This document shows positions 7,851-16,611 of a stretch of DNA of 64,000 bases, piece by piece (the first letter of the stretch is position 1; every line of letters begins with the position of its first letter). The translations under genes and the position numbers were made by a program. The notes under the pieces were generated by a model. It did no database searches, was not told where the DNA came from, and was given only the letters and a program-made list of their open reading frames with translations. Source of the DNA: a virus; the IMG/VR virus record IMGVR_UViG_3300009182_000002, positions 33,730 to 97,729 of that record; one strand, written 5' to 3'.

Positions 7851-7944
7851 CAATTCCTAACAACAGGCGTGGCCCCGGCCTGACACCTACGGGGCACTTC
7901 CGAATGTCAGACCCATCTGCAACACTTCGTTCACACCTAACACC

Positions 7945-8136
7945 TTGGAGGGGAATCCGGTGGATCACACCATCAACGTCGGAAAGACCAGCAAGTGGGA
8001 GACAACGCACGCCTACCGCATGCGTTGCTCATGCGGAGCAGCGTCCTACGTCCACACGCGCAAAGACGCTAACAAAAGCGCGCGCGAACATCTCGCTCAT
8101 GTTGAGAAGCGCGCTGCTGCCGAGGTGAAGCCATGA
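7945..8136 (+). CDS. Small hypothetical protein (CSCG...H); true start may be the internal GTG
   Basis: GGAGG upstream of the internal GTG; ATGA overlap with the next gene. Confidence 0.6.
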   Translation: MEGNPVDHTINVGKTSKWETTHAYRMRCSCGAASYVHTRKDANKSAREHLAHVEKRAAAEVKP

Positions 8137-8306
8137 AGGTTTGCCCAGAGTGCAGCGGGCGCGGCTATCACTACATGCCGGGCCCAACTCCTGACGACAT
8201 TGACGCCGAGGGTTGCCAAGACTGTCGTGGCACCGGCATCCAGTTTCTAACCACTAACCGTATTGCACCGCCCGTTGATTACGACCCCGATGAAAAGGAG
8301 GACTAG
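8133..8306 (+). CDS. 57-aa DnaJ-type Zn-finger microprotein
   Basis: Translated by hand: CPECSGRG ... CQDCRGTG (two CxxCxGxG motifs). Confidence 0.75.
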   Translation: MKVCPECSGRGYHYMPGPTPDDIDAEGCQDCRGTGIQFLTTNRIAPPVDYDPDEKED

Positions 8307-8310
8307 CACC

Positions 8311-8649
8311 ATGCACGATGAAGACACCGAGTTTGAACCGACTGCTTACGAGATTGTGCATTGCATGCACGAGGACAACGAGCCAGTTGTTCACCTGACG
8401 CTGTCTTACGCCGAGGTCAGTCTCATTGCCATGGCGTTGACAGAGTTCGTTCCCGGCGAGATTGAGCGCGCCCGCCTTCAATTCCTCAAGAGCGACGACC
8501 CATCGCTCAAGGCTTCGCTCTGCCGCATCGCGGGGTACGGAGAAGCCGCCCTCATTCAATGGCAGGAGATGGAGGAGGTCATGGCTGAGCCGATGGCCGA
8601 GTACATCGACTGGCATGAGTGGACGCATGAGATGGAGGCCGAGGCGTGA
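8311..8649 (+). CDS. Acidic hypothetical protein
   Basis: SD AAGGAGG; GTGA overlap with whiB. Confidence 0.7.
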   Translation: MHDEDTEFEPTAYEIVHCMHEDNEPVVHLTLSYAEVSLIAMALTEFVPGEIERARLQFLKSDDPSLKASLCRIAGYGEAALIQWQEMEEVMAEPMAEYIDWHEWTHEMEAEA

Positions 8650-8888
8650 ACGCCCCGTCCTTCGACGGCTCCCAGCCGTGCGCGCAGTCGGGTGGGGACT
8701 CATGGTTCCCCGATGACAACTCGTCTTTCACGACAGAGAACAGGATCGCCGCTGCTCTCTGCCAGACATGTCAGTTCAGAGTTCCTTGCTTGGAGTACGC
8801 CGTTGCTAACAACGTCGATGGCATCTGGGGAGGCACCACCCGCAATGACCGAAACGCTATTAAGCGGCAAAGGCGAGGTTCCGCATGA
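8646..8888 (+). CDS. whiB: WhiB-family transcription factor
   Basis: C-x(n)-CxxC-x5-C and GIWGG motif, basic tail. Confidence 0.92.
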   Translation: MNAPSFDGSQPCAQSGGDSWFPDDNSSFTTENRIAAALCQTCQFRVPCLEYAVANNVDGIWGGTTRNDRNAIKRQRRGSA

Positions 8889-9184
8889 CCGCCGCCCGCG
8901 CAAGGTTGCAGGACTACCTGAAGCCCGGTCGTTCCGCGTGGAGCGATGACTACCACAACTCGCCTCACGCGAACACAGATGAAGGGTGTGTGGTGTGTGG
9001 CAAGCGCACGACTCCTGAGAAGCGGATTGTGGTCTGCCTGACAGGTGGTGGCGACGTGCTGGTGCGTCCAGAGGATGAGGAGCGTGAGGAGCGTGAGGAC
9101 GCCGATGGTGGCTTCATGGGCCGCTGGTCGGTTGGGCCTGAATGTGGCCGAGCCATCCCGCAGGAATACAGGGTGTCAGCATGA
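8885..9184 (+). CDS. Zn-finger-like hypothetical protein
   Basis: CVVCG...VGPEC; ATGA overlaps on both sides. Confidence 0.7.
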   Translation: MTAARARLQDYLKPGRSAWSDDYHNSPHANTDEGCVVCGKRTTPEKRIVVCLTGGGDVLVRPEDEEREEREDADGGFMGRWSVGPECGRAIPQEYRVSA

Positions 9185-9360
9185 CCGATCCCTATCCGCC
9201 ACCGCCTCGCAAGAGAGGTGACCCGGTCACCCGTCTTGGTTGGTGCGTTGATAACCACCACGACGAATGCCCGGTGAAGGCGGGTAGGGATCAAGAGTGG
9301 GTGTGCGAGTGTCCTTGCCATCCCGTTGCCAAGAAGAAGAAGACCCGGAAGACCGGCTAG
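9181..9360 (+). CDS. Small Cys/His protein (C...H..C...CECPCH)
   Basis: ATGA overlap; basic tail. Confidence 0.65.
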   Translation: MTDPYPPPPRKRGDPVTRLGWCVDNHHDECPVKAGRDQEWVCECPCHPVAKKKKTRKTG

Positions 9361-9361
9361 A

Positions 9362-9480
9362 CTTCGTAGCCACACTGTGAAAGAGCGACTGGGGCACGCC
9401 AGTATCACGACAACAGAGCAGTACCTCCACCGGATGCGGATGGAGGATGACAACATCAGCAGTGTCATCGGGACCTGCTG
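9362..9480 (+). pseudogene. Tyrosine integrase/recombinase C-terminal remnant
   Basis: VKERLGHASITTTEQYLH (9377-9430) matches box II LGH...Y of tyrosine recombinases; the rest of the enzyme is absent. Confidence 0.75.
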
Positions 9481-9498
9481 TCAGACAAGGAGTAACGA

Positions 9499-9732
9499 AT
9501 GGCCACCAAGCCCGTCTGCCCACGCTGTGGGCACTTCATTCCCAACGACGAACAGCCGGGGGCCTACCCCGGCGCTCTGAGCCGAGCGGACAACGAGACT
9601 GAGGTCTGCTCCGACTGCGGCACCCATGAGGCGCTGGAGCAGTTCTTCAACGCCAACGGGGATCACCGCCCCACTCCTGTCAGCCAGTGGCCTGTCACGG
9701 AGTACCGTCCCCTGTTTACTGCTCTTCACTAG
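9499..9732 (+). CDS. Zn-finger hypothetical protein
   Basis: CPRCG...ALSR.DN...CSDCG; SD AAGGAG. Confidence 0.75.
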   Translation: MATKPVCPRCGHFIPNDEQPGAYPGALSRADNETEVCSDCGTHEALEQFFNANGDHRPTPVSQWPVTEYRPLFTALH

Positions 9733-9836
9733 ACCAGAACGACCGTAAGCCGTGAGTGCGTGGGAAACCGACTCTCAACCCTAACCACGGCAGCGTGAGG
9801 CGAGGCACCCCCTTTCTACCTCGTTGATCACGCAGA

Positions 9837-9871
9837 GAAGCCCCCGGCCTGAACACTAGGCCGGGGGCTTC
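9837..9871. terminator. Hairpin between convergent transcription units (probably bidirectional terminator)
   Basis: 14-bp stem GAAGCCCCCGGCCT/AGGCCGGGGGCTTC at the +/- strand switch. Confidence 0.75.
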
Positions 9872-9929
9872 CCTCATCGACTGTACTGCTGGAGCCTCAG
9901 TGCTACATCGTCCACCGTCATGTAGGGCG

Positions 9930-11948
9930 TCAATTCAACGGCACCTCACAAGCATCGGTCGTGCAGTAGGCCTCTCCAACTGCGTCTAGGGCGTTGCCCT
10001 TGTAGACGCTGTTTAGATTGATCTTCTTCAACTTCCGCTTCCAAGCGTCGTACTCGTCTTTGCTGATCTGGGTGTAGGGCTGCTGCGGATAGACCTTGTT
10101 ACCCATTGGCAAGAACGAGACGGTCTTAAGCCGACCCTCGTACATGTGGAGCACAGTGCCGACATGCTTTGCCTCTGTCTCAGAGTCGAACGACAGGGTG
10201 ACGCTGACGCTGTTGTCAGACCAGTATTGCTGGGCCAACGCGGCGAGGTTCGCTTTCTCAAACAGCGACACGTCCTTCTCCGCGCGCACGGGAACGCTCT
10301 TCACTGGGAAGTAGACCACCGACGTGTTGGAGTCAGTCACAGCGTCTTCCACCGCGTAACCGGCGTCGATGAACTTGGCGACCATGGGGTCGCTTTTGGC
10401 AAACCGGATGGCCCGCAGAACATGCTCGCCACCGGGGGGCCAGTGGACGCCCGGTGTCTCACCCGCGAGGATGCTCACCGTTCCCGAGGGTTTGACTGTC
10501 GTGGTCTTGATCGACTCACGGACGCAGAGCCACTCCGAGTAGATGGAGTCCCAGCGCTGGACCTCGCCGTAGCCGGTGTCGAGCCACTCCCTAAGCAACG
10601 GGAGTGAGCGGGAGTCCGCGAAGCCTGCGAGTCCCGAGACGCTCGTGCCGATGCGGCGGTTGCGCTGCATGATCGCGTTGGTAGTGGGCCAGTGCGTTGG
10701 AATGAGAGTCACGGTCTTGGCGTAGAGGTAAGCAAACTTGAGAGTCCTCAAGAAATCCTTGAGGTCGTCATGCCTATTGATATACGTCTCTACCAACGTG
10801 CAGCACTCGTATGACTCCAACGACTGCTCAGCGCAAGGGTTGTAACCGGCTACGCGATAGTCCTTGTTGTTAACGGGATCGTTCAAGCGACCGTACTTGC
10901 GAGATACATCCAGCCAGATGAAACCCGGCTCACCATTCAAAGCAATGTTCTCAACGAACGGCGAGTAGTCCATACCAACGGTTGCTTCCAATGAGTTGTT
11001 AGACATCCAACCCCATCCCGGATTGTCTGGGGAGTAGGAGTTTCGTTCGGGGAAGGTTTCCGGATTCTTTAAATTCACGAAGTCGTTGTCAACGGGCTTG
11101 CCAAGAGCGAGTTCGGCAGAGCGACGCACGTTGCCGGAGACCACGCAGACGCCGATCAGGTTGGCGATGTCAACGATGGTCTTGCTATCAAGAGTCTTGC
11201 CAACCATCGGATCGAGAACCGCGCGCAACTTGGTGTGCAGTCGGATCAACGGCTCGGGACCTGCCGCCGTACCTCCGAAGGTCTTGATCGGTTCACCCGC
11301 AGGACGAATCAATCCGTAGTCGAAGACGTACGTTGGCTGGTTGTTCTTGAGGTATGAGTCCAGCAGCATGCCGACGCTCTCCACCCAGCCCTCACGGGTG
11401 TCGGGGATGACGAAGTCCACCTTGTTGTCAGTGGGGTGGCTGACCTCAATGGCACGGCTCACACCATTTGTGTCGAAGCCGACCCCGATCCCCAGCATGC
11501 TCGCCTCCATGAGGAACAGGAACGGGGCGCTTGGGTTGTTCTTGGTCATGTCAGCGGTAGAGACGAAAGCGCAGTTCTGGAGCGCGGCGCTGTTGCGTCC
11601 CTCCATCACCAACGGAGTGCCCATCATCCACAGACCACGACCGGGAGGCGTCCACTTCAGATTGAAGAGGCGGTCGAATGCTTCCTGAGCACTGGCCTGC
11701 GCTTGGTGCCCGTTCCATGGGAGACGGTTCTCCTTGCAGTGGTCTTTCTGGATGCTGTACATGCCGTTGATAACACGTTCGCACACATCGACCCACGTCT
11801 CCTTGGAGCCGTCCTCCTTCAGGCGCGAGTACGTTCGCATGAAGGTGATCTCACCAACGCTGTTGCCAGCCACGTCGGTGTACCCCCACGGCACAGGCTG
11901 GGTTCGGTAGTACGAGACGAAGTCATCCGTCAGTCGAAACGAAAACAA
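9930..11948 (-). CDS. nrdJ: Class II (adenosylcobalamin) ribonucleoside-triphosphate reductase
   Basis: PPGRGLW, ALQNC, GNVRRSA, NPCAEQ.L, TTVKPSGT, C-terminal CTTDAC. Confidence 0.95.
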   Translation of the reverse strand: MFSFRLTDDFVSYYRTQPVPWGYTDVAGNSVGEITFMRTYSRLKEDGSKETWVDVCERVINGMYSIQKDHCKENRLPWNGHQAQASAQEAFDRLFNLKWTPPGRGLWMMGTPLVMEGRNSAALQNCAFVSTADMTKNNPSAPFLFLMEASMLGIGVGFDTNGVSRAIEVSHPTDNKVDFVIPDTREGWVESVGMLLDSYLKNNQPTYVFDYGLIRPAGEPIKTFGGTAAGPEPLIRLHTKLRAVLDPMVGKTLDSKTIVDIANLIGVCVVSGNVRRSAELALGKPVDNDFVNLKNPETFPERNSYSPDNPGWGWMSNNSLEATVGMDYSPFVENIALNGEPGFIWLDVSRKYGRLNDPVNNKDYRVAGYNPCAEQSLESYECCTLVETYINRHDDLKDFLRTLKFAYLYAKTVTLIPTHWPTTNAIMQRNRRIGTSVSGLAGFADSRSLPLLREWLDTGYGEVQRWDSIYSEWLCVRESIKTTTVKPSGTVSILAGETPGVHWPPGGEHVLRAIRFAKSDPMVAKFIDAGYAVEDAVTDSNTSVVYFPVKSVPVRAEKDVSLFEKANLAALAQQYWSDNSVSVTLSFDSETEAKHVGTVLHMYEGRLKTVSFLPMGNKVYPQQPYTQISKDEYDAWKRKLKKINLNSVYKGNALDAVGEAYCTTDACEVPLN

Positions 11949-11984
11949 AGGTAGTCCTCCTCATTGACATCAGTGGGTAGGTCG

Positions 11985-12014
11985 AAGGTACCAGTTGGTA
12001 AGCCGCGCGGACAA
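11985..12014 (-). promoter_or_regulatory. Putative SigA-type promoter for nrdJ
   Basis: TTGTCC-18 nt-TACCTT upstream of SD GAGGAGG. Confidence 0.4.
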
Positions 12015-12119
12015 CCGCCTGACTCAAGTTCAAGTACCGTTTTAATCGAGATCACCAAGTACGCAGGGCCCAAATCGAAGGAGATCCTGTTCCACGCCCT
12101 TGGCAAGCCTTGTTAGCAA

Positions 12120-13682
12120 CTAACTGCCGATAGATCCATCGATGATTCGGTTGGTCTGCTCGGCGTCCAAACCACCGTTGGGAAGATCCCGAAGCGAGGC
12201 GGCTCGGTCTCCAAACAACGCACTCAACACCCCACCTGCGGTCTGCCTCTCGACCGTCATACGAACGAACTCGTTGTTGCTTTCGAGGTCTTTGAGGATC
12301 TTTACCAACTTGAAAAGCCGGTCTATTTCTAGACCGGTGTTCGGATCTGGGTATCCGCCGTTCAATTCCTCGCTGAACCGGGCGAAAGCAACCCTTTGCC
12401 CTTGCATTTCAACGATTGCATTGAGGAGAGACCGCAACTGCTCCTTGGTCTTGACCTCCACCGGGAGACCGAACGCGCACATCGATTCAGGCTTGTAGGC
12501 AGGGCAGTTGCTAGCCACGAAACAGGTGTCGCACTGGCGCAGCGACTGCGAGTTCGACTGCATGACCGGCACATCGCGGAGGACTTGATTGCCGTTCTCA
12601 TCGGTGTCAACAATCGTCTTGTACTGAACCCCCAGCACCGGCAAAGTAGCGGTCTCCTCGGGAGTTCGGGGCTCCGGAAGTTTCCGCATCGAAGCATCCC
12701 TGTTGGCAACTACGGGAGGGGGGTTTTCCTGACTTTGGCTTGGTACCCCATTTCCGCTCTTAGCAACTAAGAAGTCATTGCTAGAGGCGTTGCTAACGAG
12801 GTCCGGGTCTGACTTATAAAACAATTGCTCATCAGATTCGGGGACAGACTCCGATCCGAAGTTCTTCTTTCGCGGGTCTTCCATCTGCATCTCCATCTGT
12901 TGGTATGACCAGATCGCCAGTTTGGTGACCTCGTTGGGGTCGTCGTTCACGACCTTTCCGAAGTCAATCCCGGCCTTCTCGCAGACCGACCGATACCTCA
13001 TTCGCGCTTGGTCCTTCATCCGCTGTGGGTAGCGAACGAGGCGAGTGCCGTCCCAGACGATGGTCTCGCCACGACGCATCGGAGAGAGCCATGACAGCGT
13101 GCTGACGGTCTCCCACCGGATGGCTCTCAAGTTGTCTGGCTTGGCGATGGAAAGCCCGTGAAAAGACGTCTTGTGCTGTATCGCGAGGGCGTTGGTCCTG
13201 CTTGCAAGCGTGCTGTCAGACTCCACAGTCTCGTACGGGATGGCGATGTGTGAATACCGATCCGCGAGCGCGAAGAGAGCCGGGTAGCCCAGCGAGGATT
13301 CCCAAATGGGCCAGAACAATTCCTCACCCAACTCGGCCCAGAACAACTCGCGCTGCTCCTTGAGCCACGCAACTCCAAGCGGCGGGCAGACCAGTTCGGT
13401 CGCTCCGGAGATGCGATCCCCGTTCTGAACTACGAAGTCCTGATACTCGGCGGCGTAGTCTTCCAACTCAGCAACAGACAAGCCAGCCTTGGCAACCTGC
13501 TGCGAACCGGCATCGAGGTAGACGCGCACGTCGTCGGGGAACCGTCCGGCAAACAAGTAAGGCTTGTTCTTGGGCAGTCCGCGCTTCCACAGTCGAAAGA
13601 ACGACACTCCGACATCTTTTACGCCCATGTCGGTTAGCAAGATGCGATTGCTCGGGACCTCGGCACCGTCAAAGACCAGCAT
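12120..13682 (-). CDS. Degenerate TGT/DpdA-like barrel fused to a Cys4 (CxxC-x5-C...C) and helical C-terminal domain
   Basis: YLDAGS, PIW, HIAI, FHGL, TVSTLSW..MRRG resemble LDSG/PVWH/HGLG/SVDSTSW of TGT-like proteins; CDTCFVASNC. Confidence 0.5.
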   Translation of the reverse strand: MLVFDGAEVPSNRILLTDMGVKDVGVSFFRLWKRGLPKNKPYLFAGRFPDDVRVYLDAGSQQVAKAGLSVAELEDYAAEYQDFVVQNGDRISGATELVCPPLGVAWLKEQRELFWAELGEELFWPIWESSLGYPALFALADRYSHIAIPYETVESDSTLASRTNALAIQHKTSFHGLSIAKPDNLRAIRWETVSTLSWLSPMRRGETIVWDGTRLVRYPQRMKDQARMRYRSVCEKAGIDFGKVVNDDPNEVTKLAIWSYQQMEMQMEDPRKKNFGSESVPESDEQLFYKSDPDLVSNASSNDFLVAKSGNGVPSQSQENPPPVVANRDASMRKLPEPRTPEETATLPVLGVQYKTIVDTDENGNQVLRDVPVMQSNSQSLRQCDTCFVASNCPAYKPESMCAFGLPVEVKTKEQLRSLLNAIVEMQGQRVAFARFSEELNGGYPDPNTGLEIDRLFKLVKILKDLESNNEFVRMTVERQTAGGVLSALFGDRAASLRDLPNGGLDAEQTNRIIDGSIGS

Positions 13683-14151
13683 CTACGTCCTCCTGCGTGG
13701 TTACTTCCAAAGCAACTTTCTGCCTGCGGTCAATCTCGGCTTGGATGTCGTCCCAAGAACGGCGACCCTTGTTGCTATCGCGTCTCGATACTGGCGCGGC
13801 GAACTGCGGGTGCGCGAACAGCAGCGAGCAGATCCCCTCGGAGACAGCCCAAGCAACGTTGCTTGGATCGCCATCAACAAAGAAATCGATGCGACCTCGG
13901 GATCGTTCAAGCGCGACTTGCCGACGGCGAAGTTCGTTCGAGGTCTCGTCCTCGGCAACTTCCTTGCCAAGGAGATTGTCATAGATGATGTTGTTGGTAC
14001 GGAGCCAGTGCTCCGCCTCGGCGATGCTCTTGTTGGCAAGAAGCACGACCGGCCCGATCCGCTTGAGTCCCTCCAAGAGGGTCTTGCCCTCTCGGATTGG
14101 ATTTCCGGTCGCTGCCCGAAGTACTCCGTCTATTGCTACGAGTGTGGTCAC
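13669..14151 (-). CDS. HAD-fold protein (first catalytic Asp missing)
   Basis: VAIDGVL (DxDG-like) and FFVDGD motif IV. Confidence 0.55.
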   Translation of the reverse strand: MTTLVAIDGVLRAATGNPIREGKTLLEGLKRIGPVVLLANKSIAEAEHWLRTNNIIYDNLLGKEVAEDETSNELRRRQVALERSRGRIDFFVDGDPSNVAWAVSEGICSLLFAHPQFAAPVSRRDSNKGRRSWDDIQAEIDRRQKVALEVTTQEDVDAGL

Positions 14152-14153
14152 GT

Positions 14154-15089
14154 TTACTGCCTGTAGATCGCTGCCCTGCGGGTGAGGACATCTGCGGATG
14201 GGAGGTCTACGCCGTAGGTCTCTGCCTCGTGTGACTCACGAGCGGACTCGGCGTACTGCTTGATTTGCTTGAGAGCGCCAACTGCGCCGGACTGCTTTCC
14301 TGCTTGCCAACGGTAGTTGTTGAAGTCGGAGTAGCCGCTACCAGTCATGGAAAACGCGATCTTCCTACCGTGATGAATCTCGTCGTAGAGAGACTCTGCC
14401 GCTGAGATGGCGTGCTGGAGTCGAGACTCCGCGTTCACCCGGTACGCAGGGTTGCTAGTTGCTCGTACATCCGTGAGCGCCTGCGAGTACCGCTTTACCA
14501 ACTCCGTGGTCGTGTCGTAGTCACGCTGTGACTTCTGCTCCCATGCACGGCTGAACGGGGCGTGGGCAGATTGGTCGGGCTCTACGGTCCACTCATCGGC
14601 GGTCAGGTTGTACGCGGCGTACGGGTTGATGGCCCGAATGTCGGTAGCGCCGGGGTTTACGTAGAAGGTGACCTCGTACCCGTTCCAGTCAGCGGTGTTG
14701 GGCATCAAGTTCTCGTTGAAGTCCTCGTTCATCAACTGAGAGATGTCAGTGTCCGAGAACCCCATGAACTCCATGTTGCACTGACGGAAGATCGGGTAGT
14801 CGATGCCAACAAGCACGTCGAGATCCCCGGGAACCCTCGTTGCTGACCATTGGTAAGAGACCCCGGAGCCTGCGATCCAAGCAACGGTCCACCTCTCCGG
14901 GGCAACGTAACTGTGGGCAAGGCTGTTGATAAGCATGTGCAGAAGAGTGTTGCGGACCCATGGGCGAAGATGGCTACCCACGAAAAGCCGGGGGTCCAGT
15001 TCGCCAGAGGGGTCCGAGAAATACGAGGTTGACGACGGACTAACACTGACCGGCCTACTGGCCTTGGAAAGTTCATCCGCGTAACTCAT
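14154..15089 (-). CDS. Pol-beta superfamily nucleotidyltransferase
   Basis: AGS-x(n)-GDLDVLV plus a third acidic residue in YEVTFYV. Confidence 0.75.
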   Translation of the reverse strand: MSYADELSKASRPVSVSPSSTSYFSDPSGELDPRLFVGSHLRPWVRNTLLHMLINSLAHSYVAPERWTVAWIAGSGVSYQWSATRVPGDLDVLVGIDYPIFRQCNMEFMGFSDTDISQLMNEDFNENLMPNTADWNGYEVTFYVNPGATDIRAINPYAAYNLTADEWTVEPDQSAHAPFSRAWEQKSQRDYDTTTELVKRYSQALTDVRATSNPAYRVNAESRLQHAISAAESLYDEIHHGRKIAFSMTGSGYSDFNNYRWQAGKQSGAVGALKQIKQYAESARESHEAETYGVDLPSADVLTRRAAIYRQ

Positions 15090-15130
15090 ACCCCCATTCT
15101 TTCTGCTGAATGGGTGTACGTCTTGCCCTA

Positions 15131-15364
15131 CTACTCGTCCTCGTCAACCATTCGGGACTTCTTGATAACCCGACGACGAGGAGAACTCACGCTGGTTGTC
15201 TTGGTTGTCTCGTTCTCGGTGATTGGAGCCGGGGGCGATACGAATCCGCATGCCGAGTGAGCGTTTGAGAACCGGTGGACCAGCATCCAGACGCCTGAGT
15301 TGTTGTCATCGGAGTCCATCATCATCTGGCTCTCGCACATCCCGCAGTGAAGATCTACGTACAT
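15131..15364 (-). CDS. Small Zn-binding hypothetical protein
   Basis: CGMC...H..C. Confidence 0.65.
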   Translation of the reverse strand: MYVDLHCGMCESQMMMDSDDNNSGVWMLVHRFSNAHSACGFVSPPAPITENETTKTTSVSSPRRRVIKKSRMVDEDE

Positions 15365-15367
15365 CTG

Positions 15368-15646
15368 CTACTCCTCGTCCTTCTTGGTCGAGCGGCGCTT
15401 GGCAACAGCCTTGGCAACCTTTTCAGCAGGCTTCTCCTCCTGCTGATCTCGCAAATAAGCGCTGGCGTACTGAGCCGATGCCTGTGCGGCTAGGTCTGCC
15501 GATAGGTCAAGCAACGAGCGGCGAACATCGCGCAGAGTGGGCTGCCGCTCGATATCGAGGACGTCGTTGGGGATATCCATGATCAAAGACGGCGATCCCT
15601 CGCTGTCCACAACGACTACGAAAGCGGTCATGGGTCGGTCGCTCAC
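15368..15646 (-). CDS. Hypothetical protein
   Basis: GTGA overlap with the upstream gene. Confidence 0.65.
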   Translation of the reverse strand: MSDRPMTAFVVVVDSEGSPSLIMDIPNDVLDIERQPTLRDVRRSLLDLSADLAAQASAQYASAYLRDQQEEKPAEKVAKAVAKRRSTKKDEE

Positions 15647-16179
15647 TTGTACAGTCCCTTCTCCTCGCGAGTCTTGCGCTCGTTGAACACCCGAACAGGG
15701 CAGAAGTCGCACAAGTAGACTCGGGTGGCGTTCGACTGGGTCGGGCTATCCAGCCCCGCGTCCTTACGCTCAACCGCAGTCTGGGGCAGTAGGCGCTTCT
15801 TCTCTGCACGGAAGTCTGGGCATTGGCCTTTGGGCCGGTTGTACGCAGCCCAGCAGGCCATCGCGTCCTCAGCGAACTGCATTTTGGTCTCGTAGAAAGC
15901 AGTACCAAACACATCAAGTCCAGAAGACCCCTGATGGATCTGTTCGATGATTGCTTCGCGCATTGTTTTCGATTGCCAGTGGATAGCGCCCACGTTGATA
16001 AGGAGCCCAACGTGCTCTGAGCCGTGGCGCTCAATTGTCATCTGGAGTAGGACATCTCCCTCGGGTGGACCCGAATAGGGAGGCAACTCATCAATGGTCT
16101 TGCAAGTACGGCAAACCATGAGCCGCACGTACGGCTCTTGCTCCGTGGACTCAGCGAAATTGCCAAGATCAATGGTCAT
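15643..16179 (-). CDS. Cys-rich conserved phage protein
   Basis: CRTC, C...C, LCDFCP; SD AGGAG. Confidence 0.75.
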   Translation of the reverse strand: MTIDLGNFAESTEQEPYVRLMVCRTCKTIDELPPYSGPPEGDVLLQMTIERHGSEHVGLLINVGAIHWQSKTMREAIIEQIHQGSSGLDVFGTAFYETKMQFAEDAMACWAAYNRPKGQCPDFRAEKKRLLPQTAVERKDAGLDSPTQSNATRVYLCDFCPVRVFNERKTREEKGLYK

Positions 16180-16242
16180 CGTCAGTGCTCCTAGTGGTGT
16201 CAGTACGACGCTAACAAGGAGCCGCTGGCCTGTCTCGGTGTA

Positions 16243-16611
16243 CTAACCGCCGGGACGGTAAGAGTTGAACATCCCGGTTTGGTTAGGCGATCCGCTACCC
16301 ATGGCGAAGTTTGAAGATCGGCTTTCGTTGCCTCCGGGCTGCTGCGGAGTCTTCTTCATCATGTCCTTGCCAGCGTTGCCAAGGCCTTGCTCTCCTGCGC
16401 CAGACTCTCCGGCGGAGGCAGCCCTCGAAGCCGCGCTCGTGGCAGCGTTCTTAGCAGCGAACGACTCGGCCAAACCACCCGCTCCAGCCTCTACTGCCCC
16501 AGCAGCACCAGCGGCTTCGGCTGCGCCAGCCGCACCAGCCACTGCACCCGCGCCTTCAACAGCAGCGCCCGCAGCAAGAACCTCGGGGATTAATGCAAGT
16601 GGAGCCATCAC
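16243..16611 (-). CDS. Ala/Gly-rich low-complexity protein
   Basis: GTGA overlap; within an operon. Confidence 0.6.
   Translation of the reverse strand: MMAPLALIPEVLAAGAAVEGAGAVAGAAGAAEAAGAAGAVEAGAGGLAESFAAKNAATSAASRAASAGESGAGEQGLGNAGKDMMKKTPQQPGGNESRSSNFAMGSGSPNQTGMFNSYRPGG

Noticed and set aside
7864-7910. Minimal HDV-like (theta) ribozyme suggested by CGAA before a P2-like strand
   Set aside because: Only 15 nt lie between the P2 5' strand and CGAA, too short for P3-L3-P3-P1
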